Shown here: positions 20,890 to 30,888 of the stretch, piece by piece
Numbering within the stretch: position 1 is the stretch's first letter
Layout: the number at the start of each line of letters is the position of its first letter
Assembly (NCBI GenBank): GCA_025354965.1
Contig: JANXLW010000158.1
Span: forward strand, 5,266 to 69,265
Reading direction: 5' to 3'
Origin: Betaproteobacteria bacterium
Lineage (GTDB): Bacteria; Pseudomonadota; Gammaproteobacteria; Burkholderiales; Burkholderiaceae_C
DNA: 64,000 nucleotides
Notes under the pieces: generated by a model
The model's database searches: none
Told to the model about the DNA's origin: nothing
The model's input: only the letters and a program-made list of their open reading frames with translations
Translations under genes and position numbers: made by a program

Positions 20890-21728
20890 ATAGTGACAGC
20901 ACGCTCTCAACGTTTGTCGCCATTGATGGCGAAAACCTTGCTATCCAGGATTGGCCGCTGGAGCCGGGAAAAGTTTTGCGGGGAGTGGTCCTTTTAGTGC
21001 ACGGCTTGGGCGAACACGCTGGCCGTTACGAACATGTGGCCAGTCGGCTAAATGAATGGGGATTTTCAGTGCGTGGCTATGACCAGTATGGACACGGCGA
21101 GTCAGGCGGACGACGCGGTGGTTTGCCCACTGAGACCCGCTTGCTGGACGATTTGACCGACATTGTCGATGCCACTCGCGCCCGCATGGGCAAGAAAACG
21201 CCACTCATTTTACTGGGACACAGTATGGGCGGATTGGTGGCTGCGCGCTTTGTGTCACTGTCAATTCGTCCGGTGGATGGGCTGGTAATGTCGTCTCCTG
21301 CGCTGGACGCTGGACTAAATTCCATCCAGAAATTGTTGCTGGCGGTGCTGCCGAGATTTGCCCCGAATTTGCGGATCGGCAATGGGCTGGACGTTTCCCT
21401 TATTTCACATGATCCGGCTACGGTAAGTGCTTACCGAGCTGACAAATTGGTACATGACCGAATTTCAATTCGGCTCGCCGGCTTCATTGCCAAAGGCGGG
21501 CCGGCCACGGTGGCGCTTGCCGCAGTCTGGAAGGTGCCAACTTTGCTGTTGTTCGCTGGCGCCGATAAATTGGTCAACCCAGCCGGCAGTCGTGTCTTTG
21601 CGGAGGCGGCCCCAAAGCAGGTTCTTACGGCACGCTGTTTTGAGCGCCTTTACCATGAGATATTTAATGAACTTAAGTCTGAGCCCGTTTTTGCGGCACT
21701 CAAGAAGTGGTTGGACTCGCGGTTTTAG
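20886..21728 (+). CDS. Alpha/beta hydrolase (lysophospholipase / monoacylglycerol lipase-like)
   Basis: HGLGEHAGRY and nucleophile GHSMGG. The start ATG overlaps the M20 stop (ATGA). The track ORF start at 20640 lies inside the M20 gene. Confidence 0.85.
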   Translation: MNSDSTLSTFVAIDGENLAIQDWPLEPGKVLRGVVLLVHGLGEHAGRYEHVASRLNEWGFSVRGYDQYGHGESGGRRGGLPTETRLLDDLTDIVDATRARMGKKTPLILLGHSMGGLVAARFVSLSIRPVDGLVMSSPALDAGLNSIQKLLLAVLPRFAPNLRIGNGLDVSLISHDPATVSAYRADKLVHDRISIRLAGFIAKGGPATVALAAVWKVPTLLLFAGADKLVNPAGSRVFAEAAPKQVLTARCFERLYHEIFNELKSEPVFAALKKWLDSRF

Positions 21729-22894
21729 GTCGCCAGAGCACGGCTGCGTTGTAACCTGAGCCACCAGAGCGACGCAGCCGTCAAAAACACCGGCACCAGC
21801 GAGCCGTAATTCAACAGCGTCCAGCCACTGGTGGTGACCAGTACGCCGGAGGAGAATGAACTCAAAGCCAGAGTGGCGAAAATAAAGAAGTTCAACGCGC
21901 CCTGTGCCCGGTCTTTTTCCTCCGGCGTGTAAGTTTGCAGGGACAGGGTCGTGCTGCCGGTGAACAGAAAATTCCAGCCCACACCCAATAAAAAAAGTGC
22001 GATCAGGAACTGGTGAAGATCAACACCTGAAAGTGCAACTGCTATGCACAGGGCGTTGAGTGCGACGCCGATTCCCATGATGGGCAGCGCGCCAAAGCGT
22101 TTGATTAAATGACCGGTAAAAAAGCCAGGTGCGAACATGCCAATCACATGCCATTCCAACACCAGTGCGACGTCGGAAAACGGTAGACTGCACTGCTGCA
22201 TGGCCAGTGGCGTAGCCGCCATAAGTAGATTCATCACGCCGTAGCCCAAGGCGCCAGTGACTGCCGCAACAATGAAGGTGGGTTGCCGCATGATCTCGGT
22301 TAAGCGTCGGCCACCAGACGCAGTTATTCTTGTCGCCGGCGGCGGGAAATCAATGAAAGCGAGTGCGATCATTGACAGCAGCGCAATCAGGCTCAAGGCA
22401 ATGTAGGCGCCGGCAAAAGGTACGCTCAACAGGGTACGGGTTTGTTGTGCCAGGTTGGGACCGAGAACCGCCCCAAGCAAGCCGCCGGCGGTTACCAGTG
22501 ACACGGCTTTCTCGCGCCACACAGGCATGGCAAGTTCGGCCGCGGCAAAGCGGTACAGGCCTGCATTGGCGTTGTAGTAACCGGCCAATAGCGTTGCCGT
22601 GCATAGCAGCCAGAAATTTTTGTCAAACACTGCATAGGCGCACAACAAAGCTGATATCAGCGCCACCAATAGACCCAGCTGAAAAGACCTCTTGCGTCCA
22701 AGACTTTGCTGTGTTTTGGCTACCAGTCCAGTGGACAGCGCACCGCCAACCACATATCCCATGACGGGCAGGGTAGCCATCCAGCCCAGTGGCGCCAGAC
22801 TTAAGCCGACCAAGCCGTTGATTGCGATAAAGGTGACGTTGTTGGTCAGGAAAAGTCCCTGGCAAATGGCCAGCAGCCAAAGATGTCGATTCAT
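21725..22894 (-). CDS. MFS transporter
   Basis: 389 aa, about 12 hydrophobic segments, MFS-like loop LGRKRSF. Confidence 0.8.
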   Translation of the reverse strand: MNRHLWLLAICQGLFLTNNVTFIAINGLVGLSLAPLGWMATLPVMGYVVGGALSTGLVAKTQQSLGRKRSFQLGLLVALISALLCAYAVFDKNFWLLCTATLLAGYYNANAGLYRFAAAELAMPVWREKAVSLVTAGGLLGAVLGPNLAQQTRTLLSVPFAGAYIALSLIALLSMIALAFIDFPPPATRITASGGRRLTEIMRQPTFIVAAVTGALGYGVMNLLMAATPLAMQQCSLPFSDVALVLEWHVIGMFAPGFFTGHLIKRFGALPIMGIGVALNALCIAVALSGVDLHQFLIALFLLGVGWNFLFTGSTTLSLQTYTPEEKDRAQGALNFFIFATLALSSFSSGVLVTTSGWTLLNYGSLVPVFLTAASLWWLRLQRSRALAT

Positions 22895-23017
22895 GGGGAG
22901 TCAGTGATGCAGTGTGAGGAATGAACTGAATTTTCGCTGCATTTTGATTTCTGCATTTGCGCTGCTGGTTGTGGCCGATGCATGCTGATTCGCCGGGCCC
23001 GGCCTTGCCTGGTTAAC

Positions 23018-23031
23018 TCGAATCAAGTTGA
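23018..23031 (+). promoter_or_regulatory. CRP/FNR-family box candidate upstream of ubiU
   Basis: TTGACttatGTCAT compared with the FNR consensus TTGAT-N4-ATCAA; the core TTGA-N6-TCA is kept. About 110-190 nt upstream of the possible ubiU starts. Confidence 0.35.
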
Positions 23032-23144
23032 CTTATGTCATAGAACTTGGGGATGAGGTCTGATAACTTCATACGCTGAAGCTTTGCCAGCTTGGCGAGC
23101 AGGCCACGGTATAGGGACCAAAATTGACCCACTCCGATCCTCCC

Positions 23145-24203
23145 ATGAATCCCATCGTTGACGGTTCCCTTGCGCCTGGGTTGAGGGCACCAGCTACAGG
23201 GTCGTTGGAGTTGGTCTGCCCGGCTGGAAGCCTGCCGGCGCTGAAAGCGGCTGTTGACCATGGTGCTGACTGCGTTTATCTGGGTTTTCGCGATGCCACC
23301 AACGCACGCAATTTTGCCGGACTCAATTTTGACGAGGCAGCTATCAACACCGGTATTCGCTACGCACATGACCGGGGACGCAAAGTTTTTGTGGCGCTCA
23401 ATACCTACCCCCAGGCAGCCAGCCCCGAGGTCTGGCGTAGCGCCGTTGACCGGGCTGCGCAGAGCGGGGTGGATGCAGTGATTTTGGCGGACCCGGGATT
23501 GATGCTGTACGCGGTAAAGCACTATCCGGATTTGCGACTTCACTTGTCGGTTCAGGGGTCTGCTACCAACTACGAGGCGCTCAATTTTTACTATCAACAC
23601 TTTGGCATTGCCCGCGCCGTGCTGCCACGCGTGCTGTCGCTGACCCAGGTGGAGCAGGTGCTGGAAAAGACTTCAGTTGAAATTGAGGTTTTTGGTTTTG
23701 GCAGTTTATGTGTGATGGTGGAAGGGCGATGTGCGCTCTCGAGCTATGTGACAGGCGAAGCGCCCAACACGAATGGGGTTTGTTCGCCGCCCAAAGCGGT
23801 TCGCTGGCAGGAAACGCCACAGGGGCGCGAATCACGTCTTAATGGTGTGCTAATCGATCGCTACAGCGACGGCGAAAACGCCGGCTATCCAACTCTGTGC
23901 AAGGGTCGTTTTGATGTCGGTGACGAAAAAAATTACTACGCCATCGAAGAACCCACCAGCCTCAACACGCTGGCACTGTTGCCTCAGTTGATGAAGATGG
24001 GTGTGCGGGCCATCAAGATTGAAGGTCGTCAGCGCAGCCCGGCCTATGTGGCGCAAGTTACCAAAGTGTGGCGCGAAGCGATTGACAGTTGCCGTGACAA
24101 CCCGCACCGTTACTCAGCAAAACCAGCCTGGATGAACGACCTGGACAAAGTTGCAGAAGGGCAACAGCACACACTGGGTGCTTACCATAGGCCGTGGAAA
24201 TGA
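23145..24203 (+). CDS. ubiU: U32-family protein UbiU (O2-independent ubiquinone hydroxylation)
   Basis: LELVCPAGSLPALKAAVDHGADCVYLGFRDATNARNFAGLNF closely parallels the E. coli UbiU/YhbU N-terminus. Cys cluster C..C..C plus TLCKG is present. The start is uncertain (TTG 23124, ATG 23145 or TTG 23205, all in frame). Confidence 0.85.
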   Translation: MNPIVDGSLAPGLRAPATGSLELVCPAGSLPALKAAVDHGADCVYLGFRDATNARNFAGLNFDEAAINTGIRYAHDRGRKVFVALNTYPQAASPEVWRSAVDRAAQSGVDAVILADPGLMLYAVKHYPDLRLHLSVQGSATNYEALNFYYQHFGIARAVLPRVLSLTQVEQVLEKTSVEIEVFGFGSLCVMVEGRCALSSYVTGEAPNTNGVCSPPKAVRWQETPQGRESRLNGVLIDRYSDGENAGYPTLCKGRFDVGDEKNYYAIEEPTSLNTLALLPQLMKMGVRAIKIEGRQRSPAYVAQVTKVWREAIDSCRDNPHRYSAKPAWMNDLDKVAEGQQHTLGAYHRPWK

Positions 24204-25111
24204 AGATGAAGCTCGCATTGGGACCGTTGCTGTACTACTGGCAGCGTGAGCTTGTATTGGGCTTCTATGAAACCATCGCTGCAACACCGGTGGACATTGT
24301 GTATCTCGGCGAGACGGTCTGCTCGCGTCGCCATGAATTGCGGCTGGCCGACTGGCTCGGCATTGCGGCGCGTTTGCGCGAGGCTGGCAAGGAAGTGGTT
24401 TTGTCCACCCAGGTGCTGATTGAGTCAGGCGCCGATGTGACAGTGTTGCACAAGATTTGCGCCAACGGTGAGTTTACGGTGGAGGCAAATGACATGGGGG
24501 CTGTTCATTGCCTGGAGGGCAGGGTCCCATTTGTGGCCGGTCCCCACCTCAATATTTACAACGCGCCGACACTGCAATGGATGGCGGGATTGGGGGCCAA
24601 ACGCTGGGTTATGCCGATCGAGATGGGGCGCGATGACCTGACCCTGATGCAACAGGATCGTCCGCCCGGTTTGGAAACAGAAGTCTTCGCCTATGGCCGT
24701 ATGCCGCTGGCGTTTTCCGCGCGCTGCTTTACCGCCCGTCACAGTAATCTGCCCAAGGATGACTGTCAGTTCAGTTGTCTGAGCCATGCCGATGGTTTGT
24801 TGATGCGAACGCGTGAAGACGAGGGGTTTTTGGTCCTCAATGGCACGCAAACTCAATCGGCGCGGGTGTACAACCTCCTGCCTGAAATGGACGATATGCG
24901 TAAGGCAGGTGTTGATGCCGTGCGTATCAGTCCACAATCCCGGCAAACCCCTGAAATAGTTGACCTATTCCATGGTGTATTGATGCACAGAATCTCGGCG
25001 CCCGATGCTATGCAGGCAATGGTGGGTATGATGCCAGACCAGTCGTGTAACGGCTATTGGTATGGCAAACCAGGGCTGGAGCAACTGGTGGACCAAGCTG
25101 TGCCGCCCTGA
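24200..25111 (+). CDS. ubiV: U32-family protein UbiV
   Basis: MKLALGPLLYYW N-terminus like E. coli UbiV/YhbV. Cys pattern VCSRR ... ARCFTARHSNLPKDDCQFSC (C-x12-C-x3-C). ATGA overlap with ubiU. Confidence 0.85.
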   Translation: MKMKLALGPLLYYWQRELVLGFYETIAATPVDIVYLGETVCSRRHELRLADWLGIAARLREAGKEVVLSTQVLIESGADVTVLHKICANGEFTVEANDMGAVHCLEGRVPFVAGPHLNIYNAPTLQWMAGLGAKRWVMPIEMGRDDLTLMQQDRPPGLETEVFAYGRMPLAFSARCFTARHSNLPKDDCQFSCLSHADGLLMRTREDEGFLVLNGTQTQSARVYNLLPEMDDMRKAGVDAVRISPQSRQTPEIVDLFHGVLMHRISAPDAMQAMVGMMPDQSCNGYWYGKPGLEQLVDQAVPP

Positions 25112-25181
25112 GACTTCGCTGGACAGATCTTCGTCGTGAAGCGCCAGGCGCTGCCCTCAACTGATTGAGAAGGATTTCAAT

Positions 25182-25655
25182 ATGCAAGTTAGCCCCTTTC
25201 TGCTGCCCAAACCGGTTGGAAATCTTTTGTCTTACTTGCCAGCCCATCCGGGTTCCTTGTTATTTGTGACAGGTTTGAATCTGGCGTTGGCGCGAAATTT
25301 GGCACCTGATGTTAAGCAAATGCTGTTAGGTAAAAAGATGCGTCTGCGTGTGACAGACGCCCAGTGGGCGTTTGACTTTGAGTGGTTGAATGACCGCTTT
25401 TGCGCATGCCAAAACAAGGATGCAGCGGACCTGACGATCAGCGCCAGCGCCTATGACTTTGTTCTGCTGGCGCGTCGCCAGGAAGACCCGGACACGCTGT
25501 TTTTCAGTCGCCGACTCTCCATGGAGGGCGATACAGAACTTGGCTTGCTTGTCAAGAATACGATTGATGCGATTGAACTACCAGTGCTCAGTTTTGAGCT
25601 GCTCAAACCAGCGCAGATGCTGGCGCGCATGAAGGCAAGACTGGCACAGCATTAA
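25182..25655 (+). CDS. ubiT: SCP2-domain lipid-binding protein UbiT
   Basis: 157 aa. SCP2-like sequence with the C-terminal FFSRRLSMEGDTELGLLVKN motif shared with YhbT/UbiJ SCP2 domains. Position directly after ubiUV. Confidence 0.75.
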   Translation: MQVSPFLLPKPVGNLLSYLPAHPGSLLFVTGLNLALARNLAPDVKQMLLGKKMRLRVTDAQWAFDFEWLNDRFCACQNKDAADLTISASAYDFVLLARRQEDPDTLFFSRRLSMEGDTELGLLVKNTIDAIELPVLSFELLKPAQMLARMKARLAQH

Positions 25656-25689
25656 GTTAGCCAGCCCAGACCTGCCGGAACCGCTCCTC

Positions 25690-26310
25690 GTGCACTTGGT
25701 CCAGACCTCTCTTCCCAAGCGGATCATCGTCGCCATCTCCGGCGCTAGCGGTGCTGTTTATGGTGTTCGCCTGTTGCAGATGTTGGCCGATCTGGGCAAC
25801 GTACAAACCCATTTGACAGTATCTGAAGCGGGTCTTTTGAATTTGCAGCAAGAGCAGGGCATGAACCGTGGCGATATCGAAGCATTGGCGCATGTGGTGC
25901 ACCCGGTGCACGATATCGGCGCGGTCATCGCCAGCGGTTCATTTCAATGCGACGGCATGGTCGTTGCGCCCTGCTCCATGCGGACATTGGCGGCGGTTGC
26001 GCACGGGTTGTCCGATAACCTGATTGCGCGTGCCGCCGACGTCATGCTGAAGGAGCGCCGTCGTCTGATTTTGGTGGTGCGCGAAACACCGTTGAATCTT
26101 GCCCATTTGCGCAATATGACCAGCGTGACAGAAATGGGTGGCATCATTTTTCCACCGGTGCCGAGTTTTTATCACCGACCACAGACGCTTGCCGATATGA
26201 TCGACCACACAGTGAGCCGGGTGATCGACTTACTAGGACTGCCGCAGCCGCACGCGCCGCGCTGGACGGGTCTGCTGCCCGCTGCGCCGATCGACCCCAG
26301 CGCCGAATAA
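25690..26310 (+). CDS. ubiX: Flavin prenyltransferase UbiX
   Basis: [23 protein letters not shown]...[14 protein letters not shown], the canonical UbiX/Pad1 sequence. Confidence 0.95.
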   Translation: MHLVQTSLPKRIIVAISGASGAVYGVRLLQMLADLGNVQTHLTVSEAGLLNLQQEQGMNRGDIEALAHVVHPVHDIGAVIASGSFQCDGMVVAPCSMRTLAAVAHGLSDNLIARAADVMLKERRRLILVVRETPLNLAHLRNMTSVTEMGGIIFPPVPSFYHRPQTLADMIDHTVSRVIDLLGLPQPHAPRWTGLLPAAPIDPSAE

Positions 26311-26317
26311 AAAAACC

Positions 26318-27802
26318 ATGGCTTACCGTGACTTGAGAGACTTCATCGCTCAACTGGAACATTTGGGTGAGCTCAAACGTGTTACCGCGACAGTCTCACC
26401 GTATTTGGAGATGACTGCCTTGTGCGACCGCGCTCTGCGCGCTGGCGGTCCCGCCCTGTTGTTTGAAAACCCGAGTGGTCACAGCGTGCCTGTGCTGGGA
26501 AACTTGTTTGGCACAACGCGTCGTGTCGCCATGGGGATGGGCGTGAGCGACGTCAGTGAATTGCGCCAGTTTGGCCAGGTGCTGGCGATGCTCAAGGAAC
26601 CTGAGGCACCCAAAGGGTTCAAGGATTTGATGGGCCTGGGCAACATGGTGAAAACGTTGTGGCACATGGCACCCAAGGAGCTGCGCAATGCCGCGTGTCA
26701 GGATGTGGTGTGGGACGGCAATGATGTTGACCTGGCACGCTTACCCGTTCAGCATTGCTGGCCCGGTGACGTGGCACCGCTGATAACCTGGGGCTTGGTC
26801 ATAACCAAAGGTCCGCACAAAGAGCGACAGAATCTTGGCATTTACCGGCAGCAGGTTTTGGCGCGCAACAAGGTCATCATGCGCTGGTTGGCGCAGCGCG
26901 GTGGCGCCCTCGATTTTCGCGAGCACTGTGCGCTCAATCCAGGCCAGCCCTATCCGGTGTGTGTGGCCCTGGGTGCCGACCCGGCAACGATTCTGGGGGC
27001 GGTGACGCCAGTGCCTGACAGTCTGTCGGAATACCAGTTTGCCGGGTTGCTGCGCGGTAGCCGGACCGAGCTGGTGAAAGCTTTGGGCAGCGAATTGCGA
27101 GTACCAGCCTCTGCTGAAATCGTTCTGGAAGGGCACATTTACCCGGATGTGTCGCACGCCAGCGGGTTCGAACACGCGCTGGAGGGCCCGTTTGGCGACC
27201 ACACCGGCTATTACAACGAGCAGGACTGGTTTCCGGTGTTCACCATCGATCGCATCACGATGCAGCGTGACCCTATTTACCACTCCACGTACACCGGTAA
27301 ACCGCCCGACGAGCCGGCCATGCTGGCGCTGGCCTTGAACGAGTTGTTTGTGCCGTTGTTGCAACGTCAATATCCCGAAATCACCGATTTTTACCTGCCG
27401 CCCGAGGGTTGCAGTTACCGCATGGCGGTAGTGCAAATCAAGAAGTCCTACCCCGGCCACGCGCGGCGCGTCATGTTTGGCATCTGGAGTTTTCTGCGCC
27501 AGTTCATGTACACCAAGTTCATTGTGGTGGTCGATGACGATGTCAATATCCGCGACTGGCAGGATGTGATCTGGGCCATCACCACGCGGGTTGACCCGAC
27601 ACGCGACACGCTGCTGGTGGACAGCACCCCGATCGACTATCTGGACTTTGCTTCACCCGTCAGCGGCTTGGGCAGCAAAATGGGACTGGACGCCACGAAC
27701 AAATGGCCCGGCGAAACCAGTCGCGAGTGGGGGCGCCCGATGCAGATGAGCGCCGAGGTGACAGCCAAAGTGGAGCAAGTTTGGCAGACTCTGGGTTTGT
27801 GA
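26318..27802 (+). CDS. ubiD: 4-hydroxy-3-polyprenylbenzoate decarboxylase UbiD
   Basis: 494 aa, [22 protein letters not shown]..., full-length UbiD-family sequence. Confidence 0.95.
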   Translation: MAYRDLRDFIAQLEHLGELKRVTATVSPYLEMTALCDRALRAGGPALLFENPSGHSVPVLGNLFGTTRRVAMGMGVSDVSELRQFGQVLAMLKEPEAPKGFKDLMGLGNMVKTLWHMAPKELRNAACQDVVWDGNDVDLARLPVQHCWPGDVAPLITWGLVITKGPHKERQNLGIYRQQVLARNKVIMRWLAQRGGALDFREHCALNPGQPYPVCVALGADPATILGAVTPVPDSLSEYQFAGLLRGSRTELVKALGSELRVPASAEIVLEGHIYPDVSHASGFEHALEGPFGDHTGYYNEQDWFPVFTIDRITMQRDPIYHSTYTGKPPDEPAMLALALNELFVPLLQRQYPEITDFYLPPEGCSYRMAVVQIKKSYPGHARRVMFGIWSFLRQFMYTKFIVVVDDDVNIRDWQDVIWAITTRVDPTRDTLLVDSTPIDYLDFASPVSGLGSKMGLDATNKWPGETSREWGRPMQMSAEVTAKVEQVWQTLGL

Positions 27803-27834
27803 CGGTTATCGTCGCTTTACCGGAAAGGTAGCTC

Positions 27835-29109
27835 ATGGATTTCGAGTATTCGCCGCAGGTTCAGGCTTGGCGCCGGCGTTTGGAAGACTTCATCGAACGC
27901 TACGTATTGCCTTACAACGCCGCTTGGCATCTCTCAGTGTCGCAGGGCGTCTTTCCGCCACCATTCATGGAGGATCTCAAGGCGCTGGCCAAATCTGAAG
28001 GCCTATGGAATCTATTTCTACCCAGCCTGCACGACGATGAACCCGGTGTGCGCTTGAGCAATGTCGAATACGCACCCCTTGCTGAGATCATGGGTCGCTT
28101 GCCGTGGGCCTCAGAGGTGTTCAACTGCAGCGCGCCGGATACCGGCAATATGGAATTGCTGCATTTGTTTGCCACCCCTGAGCAAAACCAGCGCTGGCTG
28201 CGCCCGTTGCTGGATGGAGAGGTGCGTTCTGCATTCGCTATGTCCGAGCCCGACGTGGCTTCGTCGGATCCGACCAATTTGCAAACCCATGTGCGCCATC
28301 AGGACAACGAGTTGGTGCTCAATGGCCGCAAATGGTTTGTCACTGGCGCCGCGCACCCCAACTGCAAATTACTCATTGTGATGTGCCGCAGTGGCGACGA
28401 GGATGTCGGTAAGCACGCCCGGCACAGCATGGTGCTGGTGCCGATAGACACGCCCGGTGTCACACTGGTGCGCAATATTGCGATCATGCAGCACCACTCG
28501 CCCGAAGGGCATTGCGAAATTGTCTTCTCGAACGTGCGCGTGCCTGCAACGAATCTGCTGGGTCAGGAGGGTGCGGGCTTTGCCATGGCTCAGGCGCGCC
28601 TCGGTCCGGGGCGTATTCATCACTGTATGCGCACTATTGGCCAGTGCGAGCTGGCGTTGTCCATGATGTGTGATCGGACGCTGGAGCGCCACGTGTTTGG
28701 TAAATACTTGTCTGATTTCGCGAACGTGCAGGAGTGGATTGCAGAGTCGCGTCTGGAAATCGACCAGGCTCGACTGCTGGTGCTGCGAGCTGCCTGGCGG
28801 CTGGACCAAGGGAAACTCGCACAAGCCCGAGTTGACGTTTCAGCCATCAAAGTGGTGGCGGCGCGATTGCAGACCCGGGTGGTCAATCGCGCCATGCAAG
28901 TGTTTGGCGCCATGGGATTGTCACCCGACACGCCACTGGCCTATTTTTGGACCTGGGGCCGCGCCATGCAGTTGCTCGACGGCCCCGATGAGGTGCATTT
29001 GCGCACAATGGCTCGCCATGAACTGGATCTTGCCCGTCAATGTCGTGGCGCCACCGCGGCCTATTTCACGCTACCGGAGCAATTGCTGGCCGAGCCGCAC
29101 ATCCGCTAG
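27835..29109 (+). CDS. Acyl-CoA dehydrogenase family protein
   Basis: 424 aa. ACAD N/M/C domain order with the FAMSEPDVASSD motif, typical of the ACAD10/11-like subgroup. Confidence 0.85.
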   Translation: MDFEYSPQVQAWRRRLEDFIERYVLPYNAAWHLSVSQGVFPPPFMEDLKALAKSEGLWNLFLPSLHDDEPGVRLSNVEYAPLAEIMGRLPWASEVFNCSAPDTGNMELLHLFATPEQNQRWLRPLLDGEVRSAFAMSEPDVASSDPTNLQTHVRHQDNELVLNGRKWFVTGAAHPNCKLLIVMCRSGDEDVGKHARHSMVLVPIDTPGVTLVRNIAIMQHHSPEGHCEIVFSNVRVPATNLLGQEGAGFAMAQARLGPGRIHHCMRTIGQCELALSMMCDRTLERHVFGKYLSDFANVQEWIAESRLEIDQARLLVLRAAWRLDQGKLAQARVDVSAIKVVAARLQTRVVNRAMQVFGAMGLSPDTPLAYFWTWGRAMQLLDGPDEVHLRTMARHELDLARQCRGATAAYFTLPEQLLAEPHIR

Positions 29110-29132
29110 GTCCCTTATAAACGGGTTGTGTT

Positions 29133-29561
29133 TCAGGAGTTTGCGCGCTTTTTGAGCCAGCGCATCAGACCGCCGACTACTGGAAGCTTCTCGTACAGCT
29201 CTTCCGCAGCGTCCCAGTAGTCACGGTGCAAAGTGATACGACCTGCGTCGTCAAGCACCAGGTGCGAGCCACCCAATATGACCTGCTCCATACGCGGCTT
29301 AAATTGTCGAAAGAAAAATCGGAATTCCCAGGTCAGAAAACATTGCCGACCGTCAATGATCCGCTGGTCAATAACGAAGCGCGGTGCCTCCAACTGGAGG
29401 TACATGTGTCGGAAAATGCGCTGGATAGATGCCACACCCCGTACATCATTGAAAGGGTCTTTAAAGCGGGCATCGCTAGCGTAGAGCTTGTCCAGTTGTT
29501 CGACCCGCTCAGGGGTCAGTCCTTCGAACACTTGCACAATGGATTCAACGGTATTTTTCAT
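29133..29561 (-). CDS. NTF2/SnoaL-like fold protein (last gene of lipid-modification operon)
   Basis: MKNTVESIVQVFEGLTPERVEQLDKLYASDARFKDPFNDV... about 142 aa. The start overlaps the SDR stop (ATGA). Confidence 0.65.
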   Translation of the reverse strand: MKNTVESIVQVFEGLTPERVEQLDKLYASDARFKDPFNDVRGVASIQRIFRHMYLQLEAPRFVIDQRIIDGRQCFLTWEFRFFFRQFKPRMEQVILGGSHLVLDDAGRITLHRDYWDAAEELYEKLPVVGGLMRWLKKRANS

Positions 29562-30334
29562 GAGCGTGTGAAGCGCCGTGTTGCAAGAAAAGTTGCGCGA
29601 TAAGGCAGCAGCTTCAAGGCCTTCATCCAATAGGTGAAGCGTTTCGGGAAATGGATCTCAAACGCGCCGCGCGCCCAGCCGCGCAATATCTCCTGTGCTG
29701 CAGTCTCGGAGCTGATCAAAGCGGGCATTTTGAATTGATTTTGTGCCGTTAGCGGTGTATCGACAAATCCCGGGTTGACCAGGGACACGCCGATGCCGTG
29801 GTCTTTCAAATCCAGGTACAGTGCTTCGGCGAGGTTGATCAACGCCGCCTTGGTGGGGCCGTAGGCCAGGCTGCCGGGCAAACCGCTGTAGCCAGCAACG
29901 CTTGCTACCAGGCTGATATGCGCCGGTGACCCGGGACGTGACAAAAAGTATGGCACGACGGCATTCAACAGATGCAGCGCACCCACATAGTTGATCTCGC
30001 AGTGGCGCAACATCTCGGTCAAATCGAAGTTGGTGACGCTCATTTCGCGGTAATGGCCCGCACAGTAAACGACGCAGTCGAGGTCTCCCTTTGTCAACGC
30101 AATGCTGAAGGCGTTGTCGACACTTAGCTGGTCGGTGCTGTCCAGGGGCAGGCTTAGTGCACCAGGGTGTTCGGCCACAAATGAGTTCAATGCGTCGACG
30201 CTGCGGGCAGACACAAGCACCGAGGCACCCAGCGCGTGCAGTGCCGAGGCAGTAGCGCGGCCGATACCGGTGGAGGCGCCAACCAGCCATACTGTGCGGC
30301 CAGCCCAGTCTTTGATGGGTGGGTTCAAGGCCAT
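29558..30334 (-). CDS. Short-chain dehydrogenase/reductase
   Basis: Cofactor motif VWLVGASTGIGRA, catalytic YGPTKAA, 258 aa. Confidence 0.9.
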   Translation of the reverse strand: MALNPPIKDWAGRTVWLVGASTGIGRATASALHALGASVLVSARSVDALNSFVAEHPGALSLPLDSTDQLSVDNAFSIALTKGDLDCVVYCAGHYREMSVTNFDLTEMLRHCEINYVGALHLLNAVVPYFLSRPGSPAHISLVASVAGYSGLPGSLAYGPTKAALINLAEALYLDLKDHGIGVSLVNPGFVDTPLTAQNQFKMPALISSETAAQEILRGWARGAFEIHFPKRFTYWMKALKLLPYRATFLATRRFTRS

Positions 30335-30342
30335 AACTGCGC

Positions 30343-30888
30343 TTATCTTTTAGTAAACGACAGCGTCACTTCGCCTAGTCGCACGCCGAACTTGCTCATG
30401 CTCGCCCGGTTGAGCATCACCCGGTCATTCATCAGGTACATCCAGTCGTCAAACTGCACCTCGTAGACCTTCCCGTCTACCGGTAGCGCCATGGTGTATT
30501 GCCAGTTAAAGGCGTTACCGCGCTGCTGTCCCGTTGCATCACCCACGACATCGGCAGCCCGGCCGATATAGCGGCCATCGGCCAGTCGCTGCAAGTGCCA
30601 AATCCGTTTTTGCCGGGTGCCGTCGGCGTAATTGAAGTCTTCGTCGAGCAGGCCCTCATCACCTTGCCAGCTGCATTTCATCAGTACGCTGAAGCGCCTG
30701 ACGACCTTGCCGGAACGGTCAGTGAATACGCCGTAGGCGTCCAGGGTTCCGTTGAAAAAGTCGCGCAGTTCGAGTACCGGTACTTCATTCGCGTAATCAT
30801 TGATTTGCTGGGAGCTGCAGCCGACCAGTGCCGCGATCGCCGCGACGAGTGCCAGTGCGCGTGCAATCAGGCGTTTATGTTGGTTCAT
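30343..30888 (-). CDS. DUF3833-like lipoprotein
   Basis: MNQHKRLIARALALVAAIAALVGC with lipobox LVGC, then FFNGTLDAYGVFTDRSGKVVRRF...DDWMYLMND. The family assignment is from memory of DUF3833. Confidence 0.65.
   Translation of the reverse strand: MNQHKRLIARALALVAAIAALVGCSSQQINDYANEVPVLELRDFFNGTLDAYGVFTDRSGKVVRRFSVLMKCSWQGDEGLLDEDFNYADGTRQKRIWHLQRLADGRYIGRAADVVGDATGQQRGNAFNWQYTMALPVDGKVYEVQFDDWMYLMNDRVMLNRASMSKFGVRLGEVTLSFTKR

Noticed and set aside
21725-21728. Convergent genes sharing overlapping stop codons (TTAG), also at 58928..58931
   Set aside because: This is a real feature of the sequence but a common consequence of compact genomes, with no evidence of function beyond the lack of room for terminators.
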